Source of the DNA: Utricularia gibba
Taxonomy: Eukaryota; Plantae; Magnoliophyta
NCBI GenBank assembly: GCA_002189035.1
Contig: NEEC01000013.1
Coordinates: 1,426,001 to 1,490,000 of the forward strand
DNA: 64,000 nt
Direction of reading: 5' to 3'
Under the pieces are notes generated by a model. It searched no databases and had not been told where the DNA came from. It worked only from the letters and a program-made list of their open reading frames with translations. Shown in pieces: positions 1 through 13,473 of this stretch. Each line of letters starts with the position of its first letter. The first letter of the stretch is position 1. The translations under genes were made by a program, and so were the position numbers.

Positions 1-1540
1 TATTTAGCCTAAAAATAAAGTGAATGTAAAATAGATTATTTATTGAAAATTTTTCTATATCATCTAATTTTTGGGTATATTAGAAAATGATTATTCATCA
101 AGAATTATATAAGAAAATAACAATCATACGTATAATATTTTGCCTTGCTGTATATGAAAGAAAGTTACCGTGCCAACTTTTCTAAATGAGGCACTAATTT
201 TTAGCTAATTAATCGTACTTGTCATGTTTAAGATACAAAATATGGCTATTTTTATTGTAAAAATTATGAATTATATTTACATAATGCATTTATTAGCCAC
301 TATTTTTTAACATTTCTACTTACAAAGTTGATCTCTCATGTTTCATTCAACCTAATTCACATGTCATATGATGGAAACTAATCAGATGTTTCAAAAACTA
401 CACCTCATCCTACAAGGGTCTATAACTATTACATGGAGAAAGACACGTGGGGCAATAACCGCATCCAACTACTGACCTGGTGTAATGCACCAATGTGAAT
501 AATTGAGTCAGTGTGTGATGACACTGAGTCATGGGGAAAACAGTAATTGTTTAGATTATTTTTTTGGAAAAAAAATAAAATATGACAGAGAAGAAGTGGT
601 CGCTGTAATAAATAAAAAGCCGCAATATTAGTTGTGCGTCCATCTCATACTCAATTATCATTTTTCAATTTTAACTAAAAGAGAAAATTACTAAAATAAT
701 CTCTACTATTTATCTAAATATCATAATTGATTCATATAAATATTTTTTTAACAATTATTGTTTCAGAAGCATTCATAATTGGTTCATATTATTTAAAAAT
801 CGGACAAAAATACTCCTATTTTTTTTATACAAATGATATGATTGATCCTCAACGCCAACGGTAAATGTGACTCGTCCTTGCAATCGCCACCCGGTTGCTC
901 ATCGTCCATTGCCCATGCTCGTTCAATCGAAAAAAAATGAGAACTAATTTTATCAAATTATAAAATAATATGGATTAAATATATCCAGTATTTAAATTTT
1001 TAGGGATCAATTATAATTGGTATTTAAAATATAAGGACAAAATATTATTGAATACAAATAAATTAGAGATTAAATATGATCGATATGTCAAAATGTTGAA
1101 ACTAAATATATTTAGTACGTCAAAATGTGAAGACTAAATACAGTAATAAAGATAAATTATATTATTTTCATTAAATATTAGAGACTAATTGTTATAATTT
1201 TCATTAAATTATTATTAGAATAAATAATCTTACATTAGAAAATAAAAATATAATAATCAAGTATATAAAAAATTATGAATTACTAATAATTGATTTAGTC
1301 TAATATTTTTTAATGTGATTTATATTTTTGTATACTTGGATTTCACTTGATCTCACCCTATAAATCAGATCTTGAATTTCAAAAAATATAAATATTGGGT
1401 ATGAACGCGAGTATTACCTTTAATTAAAATAAAAATATATCTGCTTGAGGTGAGAGGCAAATTCCCGGGAGCCGGTTGGCCCAAGAGGTAAAACATGGAA
1501 TCGGACGCCCGGTTGGAAAACGAAGAAAAAAGGGGGAAAA

Positions 1541-2476
1541 ATGGAGTCTTTATCGGCTTCAAGATACTGTGTGAACCCCCTGCCGGTTTCTTTACCTGGT
1601 TCTGTCGATTCATTTTCCGTTTCCTTTCCATTCAGTCGTGGTAAACTAGTATTTCAATCGCTCCGTCGAGTTGCGAATTCAATGGCGGCTGAGCAGATCC
1701 CAGCAAGGACTGTTGCTTCTGTGCCGGATTCTTCGATGAAGCTTTTGTTTGTTGAGATGGGCGTCGGTTATGATCAACATGGGTACCCTCTATTTTTTAT
1801 GTTTTTTTTGGTAGATGATTACGGGGCTTAGGAATGGGTTAAACAGACAGGATATAACTTCGGCAGCAATGAGGGCTTGTAGAGACGCCATTTCTTCCAA
1901 CTCCATCCCTGCTTTCAGGAGAGGTATTTTCTTAGTATTCTTATTGTGTTTGTATTGTTGCTCATTCGCGATGCTTGAATTTGTCCCATGAGCGCGCTTT
2001 CCCTGCTGAATACAAAGAGTTTGTATCGATTTTCAGTGGCAAGTTGTGACCTTGTTGTGTAATCGTATCGGGTTTAGTTACTTCATTGCTCTTTTTCGAA
2101 TTTCGTTTTGAGGAAAGTTTGTATCTTGTACTCATTTTCTCTGTTTCAGGATCCATACCTGGTGTTTCCTTCGGGGAGATGAAACTGCAGATCAAACTGG
2201 GAGTTCCTCGATCAGTACAGCATCTCTTGGATATTGAGAAAGTCAAGTCGATTTTCCCCTAGTAAGATTCCATCCTTAGGGTTCGCTCCGGCATAGAAAA
2301 ATCCTGCCTGATCACATGAACTTGATCTACTCTTTTGTCGAAACAGCGGAGAAATATTGAATGTTGAGGTTGTAGATGGAGGGCTTGTATGCTCGAGTGG
2401 CGTCCTTGTAGAAGAAATGGGAGATAAGAATGAGGATTGCTACATTGTTAATGCAGCTGTCTACGTAGGTTACTGA
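1541..2476 (+). CDS. Lin0512-family (CHP02058-like) conserved protein with N-terminal extension, about 186 aa. Exons 1541-1782, 1847-1923, 2150-2261, 2347-2476
   Basis: GT-AG introns join an open frame: ...MKLLFVEMGVGYDQHG|QDITSAAMRACRDAISSNSIPAFRRG|SIPGVSFGEMKLQIKLGVP...VKSIFPY|GEILNVEVVDGGL...IVNAAVYVGY*. The total of 561 nt is divisible by 3. Family recognised from memory of the motifs. Confidence 0.85.
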
Positions 2477-2784
2477 AAACTGGAAAAGACTTTTTTTGTA
2501 ATGGAATTGATACCTTGGAGGAATCCCACATCTTAAATGGAATAAAAATGTCTTTTTTTTTATCGAAATCCTATGGGATTTAATTGTTTCAGTTGTAAGA
2601 ATGGTTCTTGTCGCTTAACCTGCTGCTTGAATCACGCTCAAGCAAGCTTATGTTCCTCTCTTTTACAGAGCACTAGCAATGTCTTTAAACTTGTTCAAAC
2701 CCCTTCCTAGAACTGCGCTCCTTGGGACATCTCGGTGACTGAGCTCCATAAAATCCAGCTAATGCTATTCCATCGTCACTTACA

Positions 2785-3850
2785 ATGGCGATGAATTTTG
2801 TTTTAGCTGTAGTTTTTTTTCAGCTGCTAGCATTAGTCACAGCCCAGGAACACCCTGATGCATCGATCGCCCAGAGATATGAGACATGGATCCGTCGGCA
2901 CGGCCGTGTCTACATAGATGTTGCTGAAAAGGCTGAGAGATTTGAGATCTTCAAGCGTAATGTGAAGTACATTGATTCTGTAAACAGAGCGGGTGATCGG
3001 CCTTACAAGCTTGCCGTTAATGAGTTTGCTGATCTTTCAAGTGATGAGTTTCGGACATCTCGATTAGGATACATAGCCAGGGCACCCAGGAAAGGTTCGA
3101 CTTCCGGCTCCAGAAATGTGACCGTGGCTCGAGTTCCAGGGAGCGTCGATTGGAGACGAAAGGGAGCAGTCACCGGGGTCAAGGATCAGGGCGGTTGCGG
3201 TAAGAAAATTGGTATAGACGTTATTGAGAGAGGAATCATTGTGTTCCGTTTGATGTTCAGGTTGTTGTTGGGCCTTCTCGGCGGTGGCTGCAGTGGAAGG
3301 GATCCATAGGATCAGAACCGGGAAACTCGTTTCACTGTCGGTGCAAGAGCTTGTGGATTGCGACACAGCCGAGAACGACGGCTGTGACGGCGGCGTAATG
3401 GAGAATGCATTCCGATTCATCATCCGCAACCACGGCCTAACAACAGAATCAAACTACCCTTATCGAGGAAGACAGAAAACCTGCATAAAACAGAGAAAAT
3501 CTTCCCTCGTCGCCCACATCTCCGGCTACCAGGATGTTGCAGCAAACAGCGAATCCTCATTGCTCAAAGCCGTGGCAAACCAGCCAGTCTCCGTTGCAAT
3601 TGATGCCGGTAGCCTGGATTTTCAATTCTACTCGAGCGGAGTTTACACCGGTGAGTGTGGAATGGAGTTGAATCACGGTGTTACGGCAGTCGGCTACGGA
3701 GAAACGGGCAACGGGATCAAGTACTGGATCGTAAAGAACTCATGGGGAACTGGTTGGGGAGACGGTGGATACATCAAGATGGCGAGAAACGTTCGTAACC
3801 CTTACGGCCAATGTGGGATAGCTATGCAAGCCTCTTATCCCACTGTATGA
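2785..3850 (+). CDS. P1: papain-like cysteine protease (C1A, SAG12-like), 334 aa. Exons 2785-3199, 3261-3850
   Basis: Signal peptide, ERFNIN-type I29 prodomain, QGGCG|CCWAFS (61-bp GT-AG intron), LNHGV and KNSWG. Catalytic Gln/Cys/His/Asn all present. Confidence 0.95.
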
Positions 3851-3915
3851 ACTCACTAATGAAAGAAAAACCACTGGTTTATTACAAAAACAAAAGAACT
3901 AGGAAACAGGCGGTA

Positions 3916-5012
3916 CTAGGAAGCTGGAGGCGGTCGTGAGCTATCTTTTGTTGGGTAAGAAGCATCCATGGCTAGTCCACAGAGCCCTTCATCACCAGCC
4001 CCCATCTGCATGTAAATGTAACCATCAGATCCCCAATCAGCTCCCCATGAATTTTTCACTATCCAATACTTCATCCGCGAATGATATCCAACGACCGCCA
4101 CCCCATGGTTCAGATTGGTTTCACATGGTCCGGTGAAGACTCCACTTGAATAGAACCGAAAATCAGTCCCATTGGCGTCGATACCTATAGAAACTGGTTG
4201 ATGTGCCACCGCCGCGGATAATGCGGATTCGTTGTTAGGTGGTACGGTCTCGTAGCCGGAGATGGTGACGGCGGAGTGCGCGGGACGCCTGAGTTCGCAG
4301 GTTCCACTGGCCGCCTGATATGGGTAGTCGGATTCCGCCTGGATGCCACCGTTTTCCACGATGGAGTTGAATGCGCCCGCCATTAGGCCACCTTTGCAGC
4401 TATAGTGATACGAATTACAGTCGATCAGCTGTTGCTCCGACAACAGGACGAGGTTCCCTGTTTTTATCTGGTTGATTCCTTCCACCGCTGCGATAGCTGA
4501 AAATGCCCAACAACTACCTGCATTACAACACAGAGTTCAAGACAGATGCGTTTCCAAAGGATATAGATTTAGAAAACTGATGCGTTACCGCAAGGGCCTT
4601 GGCTTTTGACACCAGTGACAGCTCCACGATCCCTCCAATCTACATGTTCCGGAATGGCCGACTTACCGAGACGCCCACGTCGAAACGGGGTCGCCGCAAC
4701 ACCAGACAGTCGACTCTTCACAAACCCGGTTTTATAAGCACGAAACTCGTCGTCGCTTAGATCAGCGAATCGGTTCACGGCAAGCTTATAAGGGCGATCG
4801 GCTGCATTAACGGCGTCAATGTACTCCACGTTACGCTTGAAGATTTCAAACCTCTCCTTGGCTTCCAAGTCATGTTGGTGCACGCGGCCGTATCGCGCCA
4901 TCCATCGCCGGTAACGTGCCTGCATCTCCGCGTCGGAGTGTGCTCTCGCAACCACGCCGTAAGCCAATGCCCCGATCAGCAGCACCGCAGCGAAGCATAC
5001 CTTTGAAGCCAT
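3916..5012 (-). CDS. P2: papain-like cysteine protease, 341 aa, with short C-terminal extension ([10 protein letters not shown]). Exons 5012-4589, 4517-3916
   Basis: SQGPCG|SCWAFS, LNHGV, KNSWG; 71-bp intron; spliced frame is open. Confidence 0.95.
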
Positions 5013-5856
5013 TTTCTTTGTGAGAATTAGAGAAGGAGCCAGTTTATGTACAAGGTGATTTAGCTCCTAGAAAGGTATGTGGTTTAGTGCATGGCGAAGA
5101 ACCCGTTTAGTCAACGATGGAAAAGTGTTCATTTCCTTTTATTTCTTCCAAATTCTCTTAATTACGTGTTTCAATCAATAGCTTAGTTAAAATGGGTACA
5201 ATATTCTTCTAGTGTGTCCAATTTATTACAATGGTCAAACACCATAAGCAGCTAATATGTAAAAAGTCTAGTGGAGTATTTATTAGAGGAGGACTTTCAA
5301 ATAATCATCTTTTTTTCGAAATGGAATTTTTTTATAAATTAAATATATTTTATGAAAAAATATGGCATAAATTTCAATCCATATTAAATTGATTGATATA
5401 ATTTGTCGAGAGTATTATAATCTACACTCAGTATATAAGATTTGACTACAAGTTTCAAAATTATATCATAAGCTATTTAACTTACTTTTTTATAAATAGT
5501 TTATTTTCAAATTTATGAAATTATATATTTAATTTCTCATATTATTAAAATTAACTGATTTTATTCTAATACTATTATATCGATTCGAATGTAATATAAT
5601 CATCACCCCTTTGAATTATACAAGATGCAAATACGATATAACCCTTACATGGATATTCCTTGATTGATTGAACTTCAAATACAAATACAAAAAGGTAGAG
5701 TATGAAATTTTGTTAGATTTGAAATCAGAGCCGATTCATTTTTTTAATAATTTTAAAAATTATTTAAATGTTTGTTACACAGTTTTGATAACTTAAAATA
5801 TTTTTTATAAAATTTTGAAAATAGATGATTAAACTATTTATACTGATCCAAACATG

Positions 5857-5887
<31 letters not shown>

Positions 5888-6674
5888 AATTTTCTCTTAA
5901 ATTTAATACCCTTCCGCGTTGATGCCACAGCAGTGAGCCATGATATCTTCAATGGAGAGCACCCACATTTGAATGAAAACCTTGCTCGCTAATGCATAAA
6001 TGAAGGGAAAAAAAGTGACCAAGGGGTTCCCAATGGAATGGCATGTTGGAGGATTATATTGACATGGCCGAAGACTCGTCAAATCATCCTACTCACTTCG
6101 TTGCGGTGAAGGTTCGTGGAAGGATTATTGGCAGGCATCTCTTGAAGGGATGATATGAAACCTGAAACGCGAAGCATAGGACGTGTTGGAAGAAACTTAC
6201 ACCGATGATCATGATAAACACTTACTACTCATTTGATAGGATATGAAAAAATGATATGTTTGAGTGATTCTCTTTGATGCGTTGATATTTCTATTCTGTT
6301 TCTATTTCTTTAAAAAAAAAAATTTACTTCTATTTTTTACTTTTTTAAAAATAAAAAATAACATTTAAAACTTTTCCAAAACAATTCTTTAGTATCGACT
6401 TCTTCCCAAGTAATGAAATATTAATCTGTTTTGATCTGTTCAAACTTGCTGTCTACTTTTTTCTAGCTCTCTTTGATGCGTGCATTGACACTTTGATATT
6501 ATCTTCGGTGTTGCGCAGATGCTGGGCAAAGACATACTCAAACAAAGACCAACAGAGATTAAGAAGAGGAAAATGATTTCCTTGAAAACAAAGGAAGAGC
6601 TGTGAACGTTCTCCCATGTCGCATTTCCTACTTTTGCGTTCTACCGCTTATTCAGACACACGCAGCTACGTGGT

Positions 6675-7929
6675 TTACATGGTTGGATAGGAAGCCTCCA
6701 TGGCGATTCCACACAATCCCTTTGCGCCGACACCCATCTTCATTCGAATGTAGCCGGATTCTCCCCAGGATGTTCCCCATGAGTTCTTCACGATCCAATA
6801 CGGCGTCGTACCAGTGGTCGAGTATCCTACAGCAGTCACGACATGGTCCAAACTGGTACCACATGATCCGGTGAAGATTCCACTTGAGTACAACTGAAAA
6901 GCGGAGCCACTGGCGTCGATGGTCACAGCAACTGGCTGACTCGCCACCGCGGTCTTCAATGCGAACTCGCTATTGGCCGCAACCATCTTGTAGCCGGTGG
7001 TTTTGACGGACACTTGGCTTTCCTTCTGGGTATTGCATGTGCCGTCAGCTGCTTTGTAGATGTAGTTCGACTCCGTCGTGAGACCGTACTTGGCGACGAA
7101 CTGCAATCCATCCTCAGCCCAACCGCCGTCGCAACCGTAACAGTCGGAATCACAATCAACCAGCTCTTGCTCCGACAAGGACACCAGGGTGCCTTTCTTT
7201 ATCTTGTTGATACCTTCTACTGCCGCAACTGTTCCGAATGCCCAGCAGCTACCTGCATCATCCAAAACATGTAACTAGTGTTGAAATAATACATATGAAG
7301 TTGAAGCACACAAAAAACATAAATCACATTATAAAAAATTGACCTAATCAGTCACTAATGATTCATAATATGTTATATATTTAATTATTTCAATTTCATT
7401 TTTTGATATGAGATTGATTTTATTTTTATCATCTTAACCTTAATCCATTATCTTATTTTTTTATTAGTTTATCAAACACTTCTTCTTTTTTTTAACGCAA
7501 ATAGGTTTACTTACCGCATTGTCCTTGGTCCTTGATAGGGGTGACAGCTCCCAAACTCCTCCAATCAATGGATGTTGGAATATTCACCGCACTTGAATTG
7601 AAAAGGTGCTCCGGCGCAGCACTGCGTGGGTGGGGTATGTACTTGTTCCTGGAGCGAAACTCCTCGTTGGTGAGATCAGCGAAGGAATTTTCAGCGAGTT
7701 TGTACGAGAGGCCGGCTGCGTTCACGGAATCAATGAACTCCGCATTGGCCTTGAAGATTTGAAATCTCTTAGCCTTCTCAGCTTCGTCTTTGTAGACACG
7801 CCCATGTCGCGCCATCCATCTCTCGTGTCTAGCCACCATCGCCGCGTCAGGGTTGGCTCGGCCCTCCGCATGGTAAATCGATGCGCTGAATAGCAAGATG
7901 AGCGCCATGCAAAAAATCTTACACTCCAT
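6675..7929 (-). CDS. P3: papain-like cysteine protease, 330 aa. Exons 7929-7515, 7252-6675
   Basis: DQGQCG|SCWAFG, LDHVV, KNSWG; 262-bp intron; TATA-like CTATTTATAA just upstream near 8003. Confidence 0.95.
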
Positions 7930-8907
7930 TGCTCAGGAGGGTAGAGAGATAGATAGATAGATACTTGGGAGGAGTAGTGAGAAATGGAATCGAATTGGAG
8001 TCACTATTTATAAGTAGGAGGTCATGTGAGGGGAGTGTTTTGGTCCAAGTGCCTACAAGATTATAGCTGCATGAATTCCTTCACTTTGACCCCATTTTTT
8101 CAAATCACATAAATTGGTTAGAGTCACATGCATTTTTTAATAATGAATTCTAATTTTTCATCACATTCAGCTCATGCGCTTTTTATCATATTGCTCCCAA
8201 TAAAGAAGTGAAAGAATATGAAAATAAAAAAAAATATTTAGGCATCAAAATGCATCGGAAAAAGTGAGTCAAGGCAAATAAGTTCTTGGATAGGTGAGGG
8301 TAATTAAGAAGAATGGAGAATAAAGCTCCATAATTAGTAAAGGTAGGAAAGTTTAAATCGACTTGTCCATTGTAACATTCCATATCAGGTTTAAGTTAAT
8401 TAAATACATTATAAATTGGTAAATCATTTCCATGAGAGCGTTCTCATTTAGCGGTGTGGATTTCTCTAAACCCGTGTTTGGTATATGAGTTTTCGTGGAT
8501 TTTCCGGTGGATTTAATAGTAAACTCACATTTGGTACGTAAGTTGCATGTGGTTAACCCTAAACCCAACTATTGCTCATAAATTCAGCTGAAACCTCGGT
8601 TTACATAAAGTTGATTACATACCATGGGTGATATTTTAAAAAATAAAACAAAAGAATACAAAAAGTTGTTCTTAAAATAAACTCTTGAATTGACAAAAAC
8701 TGTATGTGAACGTAAAATGACTAAATTCAAACAAAAACTCTCTTTTATATCATTATTATCTTTTAAACGAAGTCAATTCATTGGAATATATCGCGTAAGT
8801 ATATGGCTACTCCCTAAACCAATAATGAAAAATATCTTTTGCAAACTGTTTTCTCACAATAAATATAGTAAATTAAAGTCGTTTTTCAAATATCTTGAAT
8901 ACGTGGT

Positions 8908-9109
8908 CAGTGACGGATCTTCAACTTGAATCTAGAGGGGACAAAATCCTTTTTTTAGTAATCCATGCTTATTAATGTAAAATTAAGGGGGCTAAAATTT
9001 AATTATTATAATTTTAAATTTTATAACCCATGCTAATTTTATCAACTTATTCATTATTTTTTTATATAGTCTTACAGCCCATGCTTATTATGCTTATGAT
9101 CCGCCCCTG
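8908..9109. mobile_element. hAT-type MITE, 202 bp
   Basis: TIRs CAGTGACGGATC / GATCCGCCCCTG; 8-bp TSD TACGTGGT/TACGTGAT; empty site in the P4 unit near 14428-14436. Confidence 0.8.
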
Positions 9110-11078
9110 TACGTGATGTTTTTTGTTTTTGTAATAGTTTCTTTTATGTAGTAAGCCAGCAAAGACATCTCGTAATTAGTATCTAGAAAACTTATAGTGT
9201 CAAATGGGATATATGTGCATGCACGCATCCATATCCAGGGTAGGCTTGTTCTTTTCTGCTCTTTCCTACTTTGGAGGGGCGCTCCTGTTCTGTGTTGGTG
9301 GGTCCGTCATTATTTTGTGTGAGAAATCTATATAAGATAATAAATTTGATTGTAAAAATTAACAAAACTAAATATTGAAATTTAACGTGATTCACCCCAA
9401 AATAAGGGTTATATACTCATTCAATTTTGAGAAAAATTCATTATTTACCATAGTGAATACAAATAGAATTATCTTAGTAAACTATTGAATTTTACCTTTT
9501 ATTTCTATCATCTCCCTAAAATCTATATGGGACGAGAAACACACCAACCCTAAATATTGTTCTGTGTTTATATAGTTGAACCACCAACCCTACACCACCA
9601 ATCCTGGTTGACCACCAATCACATGTTTTTTTAATATTTATGTGATCCCCACATGGAGGGACCCATCATGTTGTTCCCTCCCTATTTCTTAGCTTCGACT
9701 GAGGTGTCGAGCTGCCCCGTCCTCCCGATGCACCATGTGCCGGTAGTTTGCCCCTGAAGGGCTTTAGTGTACTCAACCAATCTATATATTCATAAAACGC
9801 ACTATTTTGATTTATATGCTTGATTTTGAATTGAGGTTCATAAGAAAAGAAGCACCTATTTTTTCCCATCTTGGTTTTAGAAGTCGCAATTACTTTTCAA
9901 GAGTTTAATCATGAGGGCACTAGAATCATCCAAAATGATGAAATCAAGAAACTACTGACAATAGGAACCTGCAATGATACTATTCTATTAGGATTGATGT
10001 GGGTTTGCAGTCGAAAGTTGTGATCGAAAAACATGGAATGATAATGACACAAACTTTGGTAATCCAAAAACCCAATGGAAAAACCGGTGGCATTAAAATT
10101 GGTTTCATTTAAATATGAAACCAAGACAATTAACACAAAATGTATCATCAAATATGATGTTATAGATTCAGATCATGTAGAAATGGAGAGATGAAGTTCC
10201 CTCCAAACTTGAAATGGCGTGTTTGGTAAAGGTGTGTTTAGCGTGATTTTATTGAGTTTGGTTTAATATTGTTTGTGTTTGATAGAGAAATTTAATTTAA
10301 ATACGAATTTAAATATATATCATTTTTTTAGATTTTTTAGGTTTAAACTCAACCCACCCTCTATATATTTAAAATAAATTGAATGTTTTCTATTTTTTAA
10401 TGATTTTTCTATACTTTATATTTTGTAACTTCTTGAATTCAAACCTTCAATTTTAATTCATTCCACATACTTTCTCCATCAATTCAGTGGTATTTTATCT
10501 ACATATACTTTCTTTTAGTTCATTCCTACATCTCCCTTAGATTGGATTTTCAAAATCCTTTTTCTAGCAGCATTATGAATTCAACACTACAAGATTCGAG
10601 GATTTCCTCGATATAAATTTCATAGCCTTTCATTGGAAGTTTTCTCCATTTCCCTGATTTTCTTTCATTGGGTCTCCGTTTGATGGTATCGAAAGTTGGT
10701 ATACAGCGTAGAGAAGGGAAAAATACAAAATAGGAACCCAAATTATAGAACTCTAGAGTAAAATATGAAGAACTGGTATTAGTCATAAATTGGCATCTGT
10801 GCGGATTGAAAGTAGTTTCTAGGAAAATTGGCTATCGAACATAAATCTACAATAAAACCCAAATCACCTAAAAGGAACAGAAGCACATACCAATCTATGA
10901 ATCCTATATCGACGTCAGAAATCACTGAAGAATCGGCTATGCATGGGGGAAGAGTACAATAAAAATCGATGGGACCATGAACATTAGCAAGACAAATGCT
11001 AACTAGTGCGGAAAGCAGTTGATGACCCTAGAATCGGTGGGCCCAAGCCTCATAAATAGGGATTCGTTTCACAAAAAA

Positions 11079-12056
11079 GGGGTACTTTATTTTTATACCC
11101 ATTGCATTTTACTGTTATTTGAAAAGTACCCATCACGTAATTCTATGTTAAAAAAGTACCCATTTTCTAAAAATTATTTTTATTTTATTCTATTTTATTC
11201 AATTTCTATTAAATAAAAATCTATATATCCATTTTATCTACTAGGATGCCGACATGAGTTTCAATTTTATTTTCTATTTATTTTATTATGTAAATTTGAT
11301 AAATTATGTGAAAATTATTAATTTATACTAAATATATGATAATTAAATGTAAAAAGAATTATAAAACATTAAAAATATAACTAATTTTTCACTTTGGTTT
11401 TTAAGAAGAAAAATATTTTAAAAAAATCGAAAAACATATATTATTATTCATTTCCAAAACTTTTTAGTAAAATAACTCTTTTTAAAAAATCTATTAGTTA
11501 AATAATACAATTGTGGAATTGTGATCAAACTAGGTCTTTTTTATTTATTTATTTGTTGAATTCATACTTTTTATTCATATTATATGATATTATGTTTTGT
11601 ATAATAAAAATAGATATTATATTCATAAAAAAATATAAATACAAATATAAATGTATATATATGAATATATAATTTTGATTTCATTATAAATCATATCAAT
11701 AAACACATTGTGTAATTTATTTAATAGTATTTTAAACTAAATTGAATTTTATAAAAAAATAATTTGTAATGAAAATAAATTGAACCCATGCCACCCCTCT
11801 CGGCGCCCTTGCCTCCGCCGCGTGCCACTCTGCCACGCCCGAGTACTCCTTGCCATGGCAGGCATCTGCGTGGGTGCGTCGTGGGCGTGGTCGTGGTCGG
11901 GCCGTGCTGGCATCGTGTGACTAGCGCACGCTTTCTAAAAAATAGAACAAAATAAAAATTAATTTTTGGAAGATGGATACTTTTTTAACATAGTACCACA
12001 TAGTGGTTACTTTTCAAATATCATTACAATACAGTGGGTAGAAAAGTAAAAAACTC
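11079..12056. mobile_element. Non-autonomous Mutator-like element (MULE), about 980 bp
   Basis: Imperfect TIRs of about 100 bp; 9-bp TSD CACAAAAAA (11070-11078 and 12057-12065); AT-rich body with a GC-rich island near 11780-11930. Confidence 0.75.
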
Positions 12057-12280
12057 CACAAAAAAGGATGGAACTCTTTGAGATCTACTTTGTATTCCTT
12101 TGATATTATCTTCGGTGTTGCTCACATGTTGGGTAGCGACATACTCAAATAAAGACCATAGAGATCTAGAAGAGGAAAACGAGTTCCTTGAAAACGAAGA
12201 ATGAGCTGGGAAGGTTCTCCCATGTCTCATTTGCTACTTTTGCGTTCTACCGCTTATTCAGACACACGCAGCTACATGGT

Positions 12281-13473
12281 TTACATGGTTGGATAAGAAG
12301 CCTCCATGGCGATTCCACATATTCCCTTTGCGCCGACACCCATCTTCATTCGAATGTAGCCGGATTCTCCCCAGGATGTTCCCCATGAATTCTTCACGAT
12401 CCAATACGGTGTCGTACCAGTGGTTGAGTATCCCACAGCAGTCACGACATGGTCCAAATCGGTATCGCATGATCCAGCAAAGATTCCACTTGAGTAGAAC
12501 TGAAAAGCGGAGCCACTGGCGTCGATGGTCACAGCAACTGGCTGACTCGCCACCGCGGTCTTCAATGCGGACTCGCTATTGGTCGCAACCATCTTGTAGC
12601 CGGTGGTTTTGACGGACACTTGGCTTTCCTTCTGGGTATTGCATGTGCCGTCAGCTGCTTTGTAGATGTAGTTCGACTCCGTCGTGAGACCGTACTTGGC
12701 GACGAACTGCAATCCATCCTCAGCCCAACCGCCGTCGCAACCGTAACAGTCGGAATCACAATCAACCAGCTCTTGCTCCGACAAGGACACCAGGGTGCCT
12801 TTCTTTATCTTGTTGATGCCTTCTACAGCCGCAACTGTTCCGAATGCCCAGCAACTACCTGTAATTAGTATTGAAATTTTGGATAGGTTATATGAGTACA
12901 ATTGAAACTTAATTACACAAAAAAACACGGATTATATTAGAAAAAATTAGTATTACCTAATTTCATAATCTCTTATATACTTAAATGTTGGATGTATCTT
13001 ATTTTTATCGGTTAAGCCTTATTCTTTTTTTTTTTTCAATGTAAATAGGTGTACTTACCGCATTGCCCTTGGTCCTTGATAGGGGTGACAGCTCCCAAAC
13101 TCCTCCAATCGATGGATGCTGGAATGTTCACCGCACTTGAATTGAAAAGGTGCTCCGGTGCAGCACTGCGTGGGTGGGGTATGTACTTGTTCCTGGAACG
13201 AAACTCCTCGTTGGTGAGATCAGCGAAGGCATTTTCACCGAGTTTGTACGAGAGGCCGGCTGCGTTCACGGAATCAATGTACTCCGCATTGGCCTTGAAG
13301 ATTTGAAATCTCTTAGCCTTCTCGGCTTCGTCTTTGTACATACGCCCATGTCGCGCCATCCATCTCTCGTGCCTAGCCACCATCGCCGCGTCAGGGTTGG
13401 CTCGGCCCTCGGCATGGTAGATGGATGCGCTGAATAGCAAGATGAGCGCCATGCAAAAAATCTTACACTCCAT
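12281..13473 (-). CDS. P4: papain-like cysteine protease, 330 aa, recent duplicate of P3. Exons 13473-13059, 12858-12281
   Basis: DQGQCG|SCWAFG, LDHVV, KNSWG; 200-bp intron; near-identical to P3. Confidence 0.95.

Noticed and set aside
680-1210. AT-rich fold-back-like region upstream of the Lin0512-family gene
   Set aside because: Resembles a MULE-type MITE, but TIR ends and TSD could not be fixed by eye.
5920-6240. GC-balanced island between P2 and P3 that looks like decayed coding sequence
   Set aside because: All frames I read contain stops and I could not assign a family. A BLASTX search would be needed.
9297-9665. Possible MITE with GGGTCC/GGACCC ends upstream of P3
   Set aside because: It appears to be an insertion relative to the P5 unit, but the TIR is short and no convincing TSD was found.
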